DNA from: Candidatus Kapaibacterium sp.
GTDB taxonomy: Bacteria; Bacteroidota; Ignavibacteria; Kapaibacteriales; UBA2268
DNA: 64,000 bases
Assembly: GCA_963664875.1 (NCBI GenBank)
Contig: OY761611.1
Span: forward strand, 736,001 to 800,000
Reading direction: 5' to 3'
Position numbers and translations under genes: made by a program. Of the stretch, positions 42,643-52,227 are shown in pieces; positions within the stretch are counted from its first letter, which is position 1; every line of letters starts with the position of its first letter. Under the pieces are notes generated by a model. It saw nothing but the letters and a program-made list of their open reading frames with translations. It searched no databases and was not told the origin of the DNA.

Positions 42643-43266
42643 TTACAATCTTTCGCGAATCTCTGCAATTAGCCTTTTGGCTTCTGTTTCCAAACCATCG
42701 GCGTTACCGTTTATCTTGATATATTCGGTCAAATCTTTCAAAGCCATTTCATGGTTTTCTTTATAAATATAAACCACCGCTCTTCCGTAATAAGCCATAC
42801 CAAAATCTTTTTTCAAAGAAATTGCTTTGGTATAATCAGCGATAGCAGCCTCGTCATTCTCTAAATAATAATTAGCATTTGCACGGGCATGATAAATTTC
42901 GGGAACGTCTTTCTTAATCTCAGCGGCTTTAGTCAAATCTTTTACAGCATCACCGTACTGCTCCAACTGAAGATAGCAAAGTGCTCTTGAAAAATATGCT
43001 TCAAAGTAATTTGAATCTATTTTTATGGCAACTGAAAAATCGTTCAGTGCCTTTTTATAATCATTCTGATAATAATAAGCTTGGCCTCTGCCGTGATATG
43101 AAGGAGCATATGATGCCTGAGTCTGAAGAGCTTCAGTATAGTATTTTACTGCTGCTGAATAATTTTCAGACAAAAGTGCATTATAAGCCATTTGAATGCT
43201 ACTCTGCTGAGCATATAGAAATGCGGCACTAAATGCCACAAAGAAAAGTATGGCAATCTTTCTCAT
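42643..43266 (-). CDS. Secreted TPR protein
   Basis: Signal peptide; about five TPR motifs (AYFSRA...A..D.TKA). Confidence 0.9.
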   Translation of the reverse strand: MRKIAILFFVAFSAAFLYAQQSSIQMAYNALLSENYSAAVKYYTEALQTQASYAPSYHGRGQAYYYQNDYKKALNDFSVAIKIDSNYFEAYFSRALCYLQLEQYGDAVKDLTKAAEIKKDVPEIYHARANANYYLENDEAAIADYTKAISLKKDFGMAYYGRAVVYIYKENHEMALKDLTEYIKINGNADGLETEAKRLIAEIRERL

Positions 43267-43275
43267 GGTTATCCC

Positions 43276-44220
43276 CTACTTTGTAGGTTTGTTATTAAGT
43301 AATTTAATCGCTTGCTTTACATGACCTTCGGCTTTGCTAATTACATCTTTCGCATCTGCTTCGCTGCAATCACCAAAAATCATGACTAAAGCTGTTTTTA
43401 CATTCCCCTGAGCTGCATTTAAGTAATTTGCCGCCTCATCATAACTAACTCCGCTAAGACTCATAACAATCCTTTTTGCTCTTTCTTCCAATTTCTTATT
43501 GGTCAGTTGCAAATCGACCATTACGTTCCCGTAAGTCTTGCCAAGTTTTATCATAGATGCAGTAGTAAGCATATTAAGGACTAATTTCTGTGCAGTCCCT
43601 GATTTCATTCTGGTAGAACCCATAATGACTTCAGCACCGACATTCGGACAAATTTTTGTGTCCGCAATTACTCCAAGCTCTTCAGCCTGCTCTTGTGATA
43701 CAGTTGTGATAAGAACGGTATAACAACCTCTCTTGTTTGCTTCCTGCAGAGCCCCTTTTACAAAAGGTGTTCTTCCTGATGCAGCTAACCCTACTACTAC
43801 ATCAGGAGGATTGACAGACCTTTTTATTATCTCATTAGCACCATTATCGAACGAATCCTCGGCTCCTTCCTGTGCTTGGAAGACAGCCGCCTCTCCGCCG
43901 GCGATAATACCCTGAACCATTTGAGGCTCGGTACCGAAAGTAGGCGGGCACTCTGCGGCATCTATGATGCCAAGCCTACCGCTTGTTCCGGCTCCTACAT
44001 AAAAGAGTCGTCCTCCTAAGCTAAAAGCTTCTGTAATTCGATCTACTGCTAAAGCAATTTTTGGTATTTCTTCTTCTACTGCTATTGCTACAAGCTTATC
44101 TTCCTGATTGATAAGTTCGAGCAAATCGTTTGTGCCTAAAAGGTCAATCTCTTTTGTTTTTGGATTGACTTGCTCTGTCCTCAGAGAACTTATTTCTTTG
44201 AACAACTCGTTTTCAGGCAT
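43276..44220 (-). CDS. murQ: N-acetylmuramic acid 6-phosphate etherase
   Basis: TEQVNP, GAGTSGRLG, ECPPTFG, AASGRTP, GSTRMKSGTAQK. Confidence 0.97.
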   Translation of the reverse strand: MPENELFKEISSLRTEQVNPKTKEIDLLGTNDLLELINQEDKLVAIAVEEEIPKIALAVDRITEAFSLGGRLFYVGAGTSGRLGIIDAAECPPTFGTEPQMVQGIIAGGEAAVFQAQEGAEDSFDNGANEIIKRSVNPPDVVVGLAASGRTPFVKGALQEANKRGCYTVLITTVSQEQAEELGVIADTKICPNVGAEVIMGSTRMKSGTAQKLVLNMLTTASMIKLGKTYGNVMVDLQLTNKKLEERAKRIVMSLSGVSYDEAANYLNAAQGNVKTALVMIFGDCSEADAKDVISKAEGHVKQAIKLLNNKPTK

Positions 44221-44401
44221 ATCTGTTAAGAAACAGCAAATTAAACTACAGTTATGTTTGCCAATAATTTATAATAAAATCTCCGAAATAAAAAGAGAAT
44301 TGTGTAAAAAATAACCACTTTTTCCGTTTTTAGTGTAAAAAAAATGCCATTGTCAATATTTTAACAAAGGCATCCTGTTTTATTTAATATTTATGCAAGA
44401 T

Positions 44402-44968
44402 TTATTTTACTATAATCCCGTTTATAGATTCTATTTTGTCTAATTCTAATGCTTTAGAGACTGCATTGTAGTCCTCCAAATCCACACCTTTTAATTTATA
44501 TGTGTAAGTAGGATACAAAATTACAACTTTAAAATACATATCATAGGACGGAGAAAGTGGCTCTACGGGGTGACTATCCCACCAGTCAATGTCTAATTTC
44601 CCGATAGAATGAGAATACCACAATTCATTTGAAAAAAGGACTCCATTTTCTTCGACCAAAGTTGTAATAGGCATAGCTTCAAAGGCTTCGTATTCTGATA
44701 TGTCAGATTTGCGATAACATAGCACAGCTCCGTTTTCTATAACATCGCTTGTAATTTCCGGTAGCGAGAATGTATAAAACCATCTTCCCTTAGTTTCAAG
44801 TGGTTTCCAATCAAATCTACTCATATTTAAAAACACTGTCTTAATTCCGGTTTCACCGTCTCTTCCGTCTAATCCGTCATAGCCTCTTGGACCGGCAGGT
44901 CCTTCACAAGATGATAGTGCAATTATGACAGCTAAACTCAGACTCAATAGTAAATAAAATCTTTTCAT
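44402..44968 (-). CDS. Lipoprotein with a short collagen-like Gly-X-Y segment
   Basis: Start MKRFYL at ATG 44968 (SD AGGA); LSSC lipobox then GPAGPRGYDGLDGRDGETG; C-terminal DLEDYNAV..AL motif. Confidence 0.8.
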   Translation of the reverse strand: MKRFYLLLSLSLAVIIALSSCEGPAGPRGYDGLDGRDGETGIKTVFLNMSRFDWKPLETKGRWFYTFSLPEITSDVIENGAVLCYRKSDISEYEAFEAMPITTLVEENGVLFSNELWYSHSIGKLDIDWWDSHPVEPLSPSYDMYFKVVILYPTYTYKLKGVDLEDYNAVSKALELDKIESINGIIVK

Positions 44969-45009
44969 TTTCTGATTCCTTAATGGTTTTGTGTTGCTTA
45001 TATTTTGTT

Positions 45010-45037
45010 CTACGACCTTAATCAACGAATAGTTGCA
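45010..45037 (-). promoter_or_regulatory. Putative ECF-sigma promoter
   Basis: Minus strand TGCAAC-N17-CGTAG upstream of ATG 44968. Confidence 0.45.
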
Positions 45038-45064
45038 ATTTTTGTTGACAATATTGATTTTCTA

Positions 45065-45091
45065 TGTAACAAAATTGTCTCTAATCCATCT
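45065..45091 (+). promoter_or_regulatory. Putative ECF-sigma promoter
   Basis: TGTAAC-N16-CATCT upstream of the repeat lipoprotein; the -10 is a CAT variant. Confidence 0.35.
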
Positions 45092-45171
45092 CTTATATAT
45101 CTCACAACGACTATGAATATGTATTTTAGTATTTTATTGAAGATTATTAAATCAATATAAGGATGTGTACT

Positions 45172-47700
45172 ATGAAACATTTTTACGTTTTTCTCCTCAT
45201 AATGCTCGGTGGCTTGATAAGCTCCTGCGAAGACGATAAGGTTGTTGCTCCCGCCAAAACATACTCACTGGCAGGAACACTTAGCGATATCGATAATGAA
45301 ACAATTGAAGCCGCCATACTTGAAGTAAAATCAGGCAATAAGATTATTGCTACGGATACAACTGATGAAGACGGTAATTTTAATGTAAGCTTTGAAACTG
45401 CCGCCCCTGCTACCATAGATATTGTTATCCGCCATGATGATTTCCAATCTTTCTCAAGCACTTTGGAATCACTTTTAGAATCTAATTCAAATTTAGAAAA
45501 TATGCCTCTTCAACTCCAATATAACGAAAATTGCACATCTACTTTTCTTGTTACTGTCAAGAATGAAGAGGGGAATCCAATTGCAGGTGCGGAGGTCAAG
45601 CTAAGACTCGGTGATAAAGCCAAAAAGAAAGGCGAAACGGATGACAACGGCACAGTTCTGTTTTCTAACATTTGCCCCGGCACATATAATATTAGAATAG
45701 CTGCTGAATCATATCAGGTAAAAGAAGCCGACGGTATTGAATTTGAGGAAGACTCTCATAAAGAAACAATTTACACAATAACTCAAGCAGCAGAAGAAGA
45801 ATGTTGCAATAATATTCTGATTGTCTATCCTAAAGACAAAAACTCCGGAGAAATAATAGAATCTGCAAAAGTTAAGCTTTGGAAAGAAGGTACAATCATA
45901 GAAATGGCTGAAATAAAAAATGGGAAAGCTATCATTGACGGAATTTGTAAAGGTCAGTACGGAGTTTCTATTCATGCTGATAATTATCAAACTCAAGATT
46001 TCTCAGTTGAATTTGACTGTGAGCAAACTAAAGAAATTTCAAAGTTTTTGGAAGCTATAGATAAAGATTCTTGCTGTGAGGGCAGAATAAAAATCATAGC
46101 CAAAGATAAAGCAACAGGTGATAATATTTCTCAGGGAACTGTCAAGCTTTGGAAAGACGGTAAACTGCTTGCTTCAAAAGCCCTCAACGAATCAGGTTAT
46201 GCAGTTTTTGAGGGGCTTTGCGAAGGCAAATACGGCGTTGATATATTGAGTGAATTATACGAAAACATCGAATTTTCTATTGAACTCGGATGCAACGAAA
46301 ACAAAGTGTTAGAAAAGTCATTAGTGCCTAATGAGGAAAATCCTTGCTGTGAAGGCAGAATAAAAATCATAGCTAAAGATAAAGCAACAGGTGATAATAT
46401 CTCTCAAGGAACTGTCAAACTTTGGAAAGACGGTAAACTGCTTGCTTCAAAAGCCCTCAACGAGTCAGGTTATGCAGTTTTTGAGGGGCTTTGCGAAGGC
46501 AAATACGGCGTTGATATATTGAGTGAATTATACGAAAACATCGAATTTTCTATTGAACTCGGATGCAACGAAAACAAAGTGTTAGAAAAGTCATTAGTGC
46601 CTAATGAGGAAAATCCTTGCTGTGAAGGCAAAATAAAAATCATAGCCAAAGATAAAGCGACAGGTGAGAATATCTCTCAAGGAACTGTCAAACTTTGGAA
46701 AGACGGTAAACTGCTTGATTCAAAAGCCCTTAACGAATCAGGTTATGCAGTTTTTGAGGGGCTTTGCGAAGGTAAGTACGGTGTTGATATATTGAGTGAA
46801 TTATACGAAAATATCGAATTTTCTATAGAACTCGGATGCAACGAAAACAAAGTGTTAGAAAAGTCATTAGTGCCTAATGAGGAAAATCCTTGCTGTGAAG
46901 GCAGAATAAAAATCATAGCCAAAGATAAAGCGACAGGTGAGAATATCTCTAAGGGGACTGTCAAACTTTGGAAAGACGGTAAACTACTTGCTTCAAAAGC
47001 CCTCAACGAGTCAGGTTACGCTGTTTTTGAGGGGCTTTGCGAAGGCAAATACGGTGTTGATATTTTGAGTGAATTATACGAAAACATCGAATTTTCTATT
47101 GAACTTGGATGCAACGAAAACAAAGTGTTAGAAAAGTCATTAGTGCCTAATGAGGAAAATCCTTGCTGTGAAGGCAGAATAAAAATCATAGCTAAAGATA
47201 AAGCGACAGGTGAGAATATTTCTCAGGGAACTGTCAAACTTTGGAAAGACGGTAAACTGCTTGCTTCAAAAGCCCTCAACGAGTCAGGTTATGCAGTTTT
47301 TGAGAGGCTTTGCGAAGGTAAGTACGGTGTTGATATATTGAGTGAATTATACGAAAACATCGAATTTTCTATTGAACTCGGATGCAACGAAAACAAAGTG
47401 TTAGAAAAGTCATTAGTGCCTAATGAGGAAAATCCTTGCTGTGAAGGTGTAGTTTGGGTATTTCCAAAAGATGCTGTCAGTGGAGATAAAATAGTTGGAG
47501 CTAAAGTAAAATTATGGCAAAACGGTAAAGTTATAGCAGTTAAAGAGGTCAATGGAGACGGCTTCGCAAAATTTGAAGGGATATGCGAAGGCAACTATGC
47601 AATCTCAATTCTCAAAGAAACATACCAAACAAAAGAATTTACTTTTGAAATTGGCTGCAACAAAGAAAGAGAATTTGTAAAGGAATTGGAAAAAGAGTAA
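45172..47700 (+). CDS. Surface lipoprotein with tandem carboxypeptidase-regulatory-like (prealbumin-type beta-sandwich) domains
   Basis: ISSC lipobox plus acidic EDD; about nine modules of the G..I.GA.VKL...G...F..LC.G.Y pattern; start at 45163 or 45172. Confidence 0.85.
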   Translation: MKHFYVFLLIMLGGLISSCEDDKVVAPAKTYSLAGTLSDIDNETIEAAILEVKSGNKIIATDTTDEDGNFNVSFETAAPATIDIVIRHDDFQSFSSTLESLLESNSNLENMPLQLQYNENCTSTFLVTVKNEEGNPIAGAEVKLRLGDKAKKKGETDDNGTVLFSNICPGTYNIRIAAESYQVKEADGIEFEEDSHKETIYTITQAAEEECCNNILIVYPKDKNSGEIIESAKVKLWKEGTIIEMAEIKNGKAIIDGICKGQYGVSIHADNYQTQDFSVEFDCEQTKEISKFLEAIDKDSCCEGRIKIIAKDKATGDNISQGTVKLWKDGKLLASKALNESGYAVFEGLCEGKYGVDILSELYENIEFSIELGCNENKVLEKSLVPNEENPCCEGRIKIIAKDKATGDNISQGTVKLWKDGKLLASKALNESGYAVFEGLCEGKYGVDILSELYENIEFSIELGCNENKVLEKSLVPNEENPCCEGKIKIIAKDKATGENISQGTVKLWKDGKLLDSKALNESGYAVFEGLCEGKYGVDILSELYENIEFSIELGCNENKVLEKSLVPNEENPCCEGRIKIIAKDKATGENISKGTVKLWKDGKLLASKALNESGYAVFEGLCEGKYGVDILSELYENIEFSIELGCNENKVLEKSLVPNEENPCCEGRIKIIAKDKATGENISQGTVKLWKDGKLLASKALNESGYAVFERLCEGKYGVDILSELYENIEFSIELGCNENKVLEKSLVPNEENPCCEGVVWVFPKDAVSGDKIVGAKVKLWQNGKVIAVKEVNGDGFAKFEGICEGNYAISILKETYQTKEFTFEIGCNKEREFVKELEKE
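46072..47436 (+). repeat. Five near-identical tandem 273-bp (91-aa) coding repeats
   Basis: Units start at 46072, 46345, 46618, 46891 and 47164; diverged units at 45802 and 47437. Confidence 0.97.
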
Positions 47701-47718
47701 AATCCCTATAAATTGAAT

Positions 47719-47755
47719 AAAGGCGTACTGATTATTTTTGATGGGTACGCCTTTT
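47719..47755 (+). terminator. Intrinsic terminator
   Basis: AAAGGCGTAC/GTACGCCTTT stem. Confidence 0.7.
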
Positions 47756-47858
47756 AGCATTTATAAGTTTGTAAATCGTCCAATTTAACTTATCTCTAAA
47801 ATATTAAGCTAAAATTTCATAAATTTCGTTTTGCGTATAGCACACAATTGGAAATCAG

Positions 47859-48590
47859 ATGAAAGAAGTTGAAAATCAAGGTAGAGAGCTCGGTTTCCTC
47901 GGTCACATGGAGGAATTGCGTTCACGTATCATCAAGGCATTGCTTTGGCTGATGGTAGGTATTGCCATTTCTGCTTTTTATGTCAATGATTTGATTAACT
48001 ACATTGTACTCGAACCTGCCACTTCTGAAGGGCTAAAAATTCAGAATTTAAAACCTTTTGGCCAGGCATTTTTGTACTTCAAAGTTGCTATACTTGGCGG
48101 ATTTGTCATTTCTTTCCCTATGATGCTCAATCAGGTATGGAAGTTTATCGAACCGGGACTATATAAAAACGAAAAGAAATGGGCAAGGCGTATTACTATT
48201 TTTACTAGTATTTGTTTCCTTATAGGTATTGCCTTTGCTTATTATGTAATGCTTCCTTCTATGATGAACTTTGCTGCACATTTCGGCACTGACCAAATAG
48301 AAAATCAAATAGACGTAAGCGAGTATATGAGCTTTTTCATTATGATTATCCTCGCATCCGGTTTGCTTTTCGAATTGCCTATGATAACTTATGTACTATC
48401 CAAATTGGGATTTGTTACTCCTACATTTCTCAGGAAATACAGAAGGCACGCTATTGTATTGATATTAATTCTTGCCGCCGTCATAACTCCCACTCCCGAT
48501 CCAATCACTCAAATGATTTTTGCTGCACCTCTGTTTGTGTTGTATGAAATCAGCATATTCGTCTCAAAATTCTCAAATTCTGAAAAATAA
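47859..48590 (+). CDS. tatC: Twin-arginine translocase subunit TatC
   Basis: HMEELRSR, QVWKFIEPGLY..E, FELP, ITPTPDP, LYEISI. Confidence 0.96.
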   Translation: MKEVENQGRELGFLGHMEELRSRIIKALLWLMVGIAISAFYVNDLINYIVLEPATSEGLKIQNLKPFGQAFLYFKVAILGGFVISFPMMLNQVWKFIEPGLYKNEKKWARRITIFTSICFLIGIAFAYYVMLPSMMNFAAHFGTDQIENQIDVSEYMSFFIMIILASGLLFELPMITYVLSKLGFVTPTFLRKYRRHAIVLILILAAVITPTPDPITQMIFAAPLFVLYEISIFVSKFSNSEK

Positions 48591-48705
48591 GTCCTATTGT
48601 TTTTTATATTTACGTCGTTTTGTGTTATATTGCTAAGTTAAAAGGTCTAAGAACCTAAAGCATTTAAATTATATTAATACTTTAGTCGAACGGAAGTGAT
48701 GTAAC

Positions 48706-49680
48706 ATGAGTTTAAACGATATTAGCAGCCCGGTAAAAGAGCATCTTGGTGAGTTTAATAAGCATTTCAAAGAGCTTATGAAAACAAATGTAGCTCTGCT
48801 GGACTTAATTATAAAATATCTGTCTCAAAAAAAAGGAAAACAAATTAGACCGACACTTGTTTTGCTTGCGGCAGGTACATGTGGCGGCATCAATAAGCGG
48901 TCTTATACTGGTGGTGCAATGGTAGAATTGTTACACACTGCCACTCTAATCCATGATGATGTAGTTGACCAATCAGACGAACGCAGAGGCATGGCTTCCA
49001 TAAATGCTGAGTGGAATAATAAAATCGCTGTACTTGTTGGTGATTTCTTATTATCAAAAGGCTTGCTTGCATCTATTGACCAAAACGAATTCGAGTTTTT
49101 GAGAATAATTTCAAAAGCTGTTCGTAGAATTTCTGAGGGTGAGTTGCTTTCTATAGAAAAAGCTCGATCCCTTGAGGTAGATGAAGATGTTTATTTCAGA
49201 ATTACTGCTGATAAAACTGCCTCTCTGATGGCATCATGTTGTGAGATTGGTGCTCATAGTGCCAATGCAAACGATGAAGAAAGAAAGGCAATGGCAGATT
49301 ACGGCGAATTTTTAGGCATAGCTTTCCAAATAAAAGATGATATAATGGACTACACTTCTAAAAAGTTTGCCATCGGGAAGCCTGTCGGCAACGATTTAAA
49401 AGAAAAAAAGATAACTTTGCCCCTACTTTATGCGTTTACTAAATCAGAAAGAAGCAAAGTAAAACAGATCATCAAAACTATAAAGAAAAAGAAAGCAACG
49501 AAGGATGAAGTCAGAGAGATCATAGATTACGTTATTAGTGTCGGCGGGATAGATTACGCTGAAAAAAAAGCACAGGAATATATTGACAAAGCAAAATCTG
49601 CAATTTCTATTTTTGAAGATTCTATATATAAACAATCAATGATTGATTTAGCTGACTTTGTGGTAGTTAGGAAGTCGTAG
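48706..49680 (+). CDS. Long-chain polyprenyl diphosphate synthase (IspB-like)
   Basis: GKQIRP, HTATLIHDDVVD (FARM with a small residue upstream), FQIKDDIMD (SARM). Confidence 0.92.
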   Translation: MSLNDISSPVKEHLGEFNKHFKELMKTNVALLDLIIKYLSQKKGKQIRPTLVLLAAGTCGGINKRSYTGGAMVELLHTATLIHDDVVDQSDERRGMASINAEWNNKIAVLVGDFLLSKGLLASIDQNEFEFLRIISKAVRRISEGELLSIEKARSLEVDEDVYFRITADKTASLMASCCEIGAHSANANDEERKAMADYGEFLGIAFQIKDDIMDYTSKKFAIGKPVGNDLKEKKITLPLLYAFTKSERSKVKQIIKTIKKKKATKDEVREIIDYVISVGGIDYAEKKAQEYIDKAKSAISIFEDSIYKQSMIDLADFVVVRKS

Positions 49681-49828
49681 AAGAGAAATTCTAATCGGAT
49701 ACGTTCTTCCCCTCATGCGTAGCATGACTGATGGATAAAACGTTTGCAAAACTTCCACAATTAAGAACTAAGAATTTTGATTTCGATTTGAAAACTTCTT
49801 GATATCAAGAGTTGATATTTCGTCTTTT

Positions 49829-49867
49829 TCCACCCCGCCACTTCGTGGCACTCCTCAAGAGGGGAAC
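49829..49867. repeat. REP-like GC-rich double hairpin
   Basis: CCACCCC-GCCAC ttc GTGGC-ACTCCTC aa GAGGGGAA within an AT-rich spacer. Confidence 0.55.
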
Positions 49868-49992
49868 TATGGGGCATCTGCGAATAAGAGCTATTTTAGT
49901 TATAATATAATAACATATAATAACCTTACTTTGATTAGCAAGCAATTTCAATACGACTCAAACAAAAATTCAATATATTAAAGAGGGAAAAA

Positions 49993-50697
49993 ATGTTAAA
50001 TGAACATTCTAATCTAAGACAAGAGCAGAGCAAAGCAATAGAAGAAGCTCAAGTTACATATATGTCTAAAGTTTACAGCTGGATGATGGCAGGACTTGCA
50101 GTTACCGGCATAACTGCATATTTTGTTTATTCATCAGATTTTATCTACAATCTGAATGGGACAATAATGCTTGTGTTGATTATTGCTCAATTCGGCTTGG
50201 TTTTGGGAATTTCAGGCATGATAAACCGTATGTCTGCTCTAACCGCTCAAATGTTATTTTTACTATATTCGCTCCTTACAGGGATTACGTTTTCTACCAT
50301 ATTCGCTGCATATTCTGCAAGTAGTATTTCCAATACCTTCTTTATTACTGCAGGTGCATTTGCAGGACTAAGTGCATTTGGTTTTTTGACAAAAAAAGAC
50401 CTTAGTGCTATCGGTAGATTCTTGTATATGGCACTTTTTGGCTTGATAATTGCATCTTTAGTCAATATGTTTGTAGGAAGCGGTATGTTTGAGTTTCTCA
50501 TAAGTGCTGCCGGGGTTGTTATCTTCTCAGGTTTGACTGCTTATGATACACAAAAAATAAAAGAAATGTACCTGCTTCAGGAACAAGGAGAAGAAATTGC
50601 AGCTAAAGGAGCCATTTTAGGTGCTCTTACTTTATACCTTGATTTTGTCAATCTATTCTTGTTCCTACTAAGATTTTTAGGTGGTAGCAGAGATTAG
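49993..50697 (+). CDS. Bax inhibitor-1/YccA family membrane protein
   Basis: KVYSWM..GL, TKKDLS, TAYDTQKIK, GALTLYLDFVNLFL. Confidence 0.95.
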   Translation: MLNEHSNLRQEQSKAIEEAQVTYMSKVYSWMMAGLAVTGITAYFVYSSDFIYNLNGTIMLVLIIAQFGLVLGISGMINRMSALTAQMLFLLYSLLTGITFSTIFAAYSASSISNTFFITAGAFAGLSAFGFLTKKDLSAIGRFLYMALFGLIIASLVNMFVGSGMFEFLISAAGVVIFSGLTAYDTQKIKEMYLLQEQGEEIAAKGAILGALTLYLDFVNLFLFLLRFLGGSRD

Positions 50698-50711
50698 GAA
50701 AAAAGAAAATT

Positions 50712-52208
50712 ATGCCGGATATTTCACCATTATTTGCGGTTGAAGCTGAAAAATTATTATCTGAGGGTAAAACCGATGATGCTATAGAATTATGCGAAAA
50801 GGGTATTTTGGTCTATCCGAAATACCCTGTTGCATTAAGTATTTTGGCAAGAGCATACCGCATCAAAGGTGAAATTCATGCTGCTAAAGAAAAGTTGGCT
50901 ATTGTTGAGCAATTCCGTCCGAACTACAAAGCAATTGAAGTAGTCAAAACACAAATTGATAATCCAAATTTTGACTTTCAAATTTCGAATAATACTAATT
51001 CGGAACACGCTGCTATTCAAATTGATGAACCATCACTATCTGATCCCGAAACTGATGATATAAACAATATTACCACTATTACCGAATCAGAGAGTAATGA
51101 TTTATTGCCAGAAGATTTCCAAAATGAATCAGATGATTTTGATATCAATCCGGAAGACATTGATGCTCTTTTTGAGTATACTCCTAAAGAAAGCAGTAAT
51201 GAAATTGAACTGGCAGAAGTAAATGATTATCAAGAAGCCGCTGAAGAAGCGGAGGACTTATCTCTCAGTTTAGAAAACATTTCTGAAGATTTGTATGAAG
51301 AAGATACTCCTGATACCCTTTCTTATTCATTAGAGATTGGCTCTGACTTAGCTTCCGAGCTTGAAAGTCTAATATCCGATATCGAAGAAGAAGCACAAGA
51401 AACAGACTTAATAGAATCAAAAGAAGAAATACATTCAAACCAAGAACAAAATATTCCTAATGATTCTGATATTCTCAATAATTCAGATATTATCAACTCT
51501 GAAACGCAATCAGATTATGATGTCTCATCCGAATTAAATGATTTGGAATATGACGAAGATTTAGAAGGAATTTCCGAAGAAATAGATTTAGAAATACCTG
51601 AAATTGATGACATATCTGATTATTCTAAAGAATCTACATACTCAATAGTTGATATAGCTATCGAAAAAGAAAAATTAGACACTTCAAAATTGCCTAAAAA
51701 TGCTAAAATGTCCCAATTATTGGATAATTCTGTTTCTTCTATAAGAGCAAATGATTTGAGTTTGATACCTGGATTGCTCACGTCACCATTGCAATCAGAC
51801 AATTCAAATAAATGTCATAACTATTCAGAGCAACTTTTGCCGGCTTCGCCTCCATTCCCTGACAGTGTTTCAGTGAATGCAATTACTTCCACTTTAGGTA
51901 ACAACGAAATAGACCAAAGCATCGACTTAGACGAAGTAACCATTGACAGAAGCGGTGTGGAAGATAGCTTCAGCAGGTTGGCAGATAAAATTAAAAATCT
52001 GTCTATGCCAAGAATTGAAGCTCCGAATTACGAACCTGAGGATGAAGACTACTCTCCTCCATCTATTATCACGCCTACAATCGCAAATCTACTTGCTATG
52101 CAGGGTAGAATAAATGAAGCTATAGATGCTTACGAAAAGCTTATCATTGATGATCCTGAGAACTCGTCGTCATATCTAAGCCAGATTGAGTCACTAAAAA
52201 ACAAATGA
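50712..52208 (+). CDS. TPR / long acidic linker / TPR protein
   Basis: N-terminal TPR, D/E-rich low-complexity middle, C-terminal TPTIANLLAMQG...EAIDAYEKL. Confidence 0.8.
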   Translation: MPDISPLFAVEAEKLLSEGKTDDAIELCEKGILVYPKYPVALSILARAYRIKGEIHAAKEKLAIVEQFRPNYKAIEVVKTQIDNPNFDFQISNNTNSEHAAIQIDEPSLSDPETDDINNITTITESESNDLLPEDFQNESDDFDINPEDIDALFEYTPKESSNEIELAEVNDYQEAAEEAEDLSLSLENISEDLYEEDTPDTLSYSLEIGSDLASELESLISDIEEEAQETDLIESKEEIHSNQEQNIPNDSDILNNSDIINSETQSDYDVSSELNDLEYDEDLEGISEEIDLEIPEIDDISDYSKESTYSIVDIAIEKEKLDTSKLPKNAKMSQLLDNSVSSIRANDLSLIPGLLTSPLQSDNSNKCHNYSEQLLPASPPFPDSVSVNAITSTLGNNEIDQSIDLDEVTIDRSGVEDSFSRLADKIKNLSMPRIEAPNYEPEDEDYSPPSIITPTIANLLAMQGRINEAIDAYEKLIIDDPENSSSYLSQIESLKNK

Positions 52209-52227
52209 TAAATTTTCTCTCCCTCAC

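Noticed and set aside
46072-47436. Repeats as a CRISPR array or a diversity-generating retroelement
   Set aside because: Units are 273 bp, in frame and have no spacers; variation is not adenine-specific; no cas or reverse transcriptase gene in the window.
49799-49981. 60-aa ORF as a gene
   Set aside because: TTG start, and it reads through the REP-like palindrome; better explained as non-coding.
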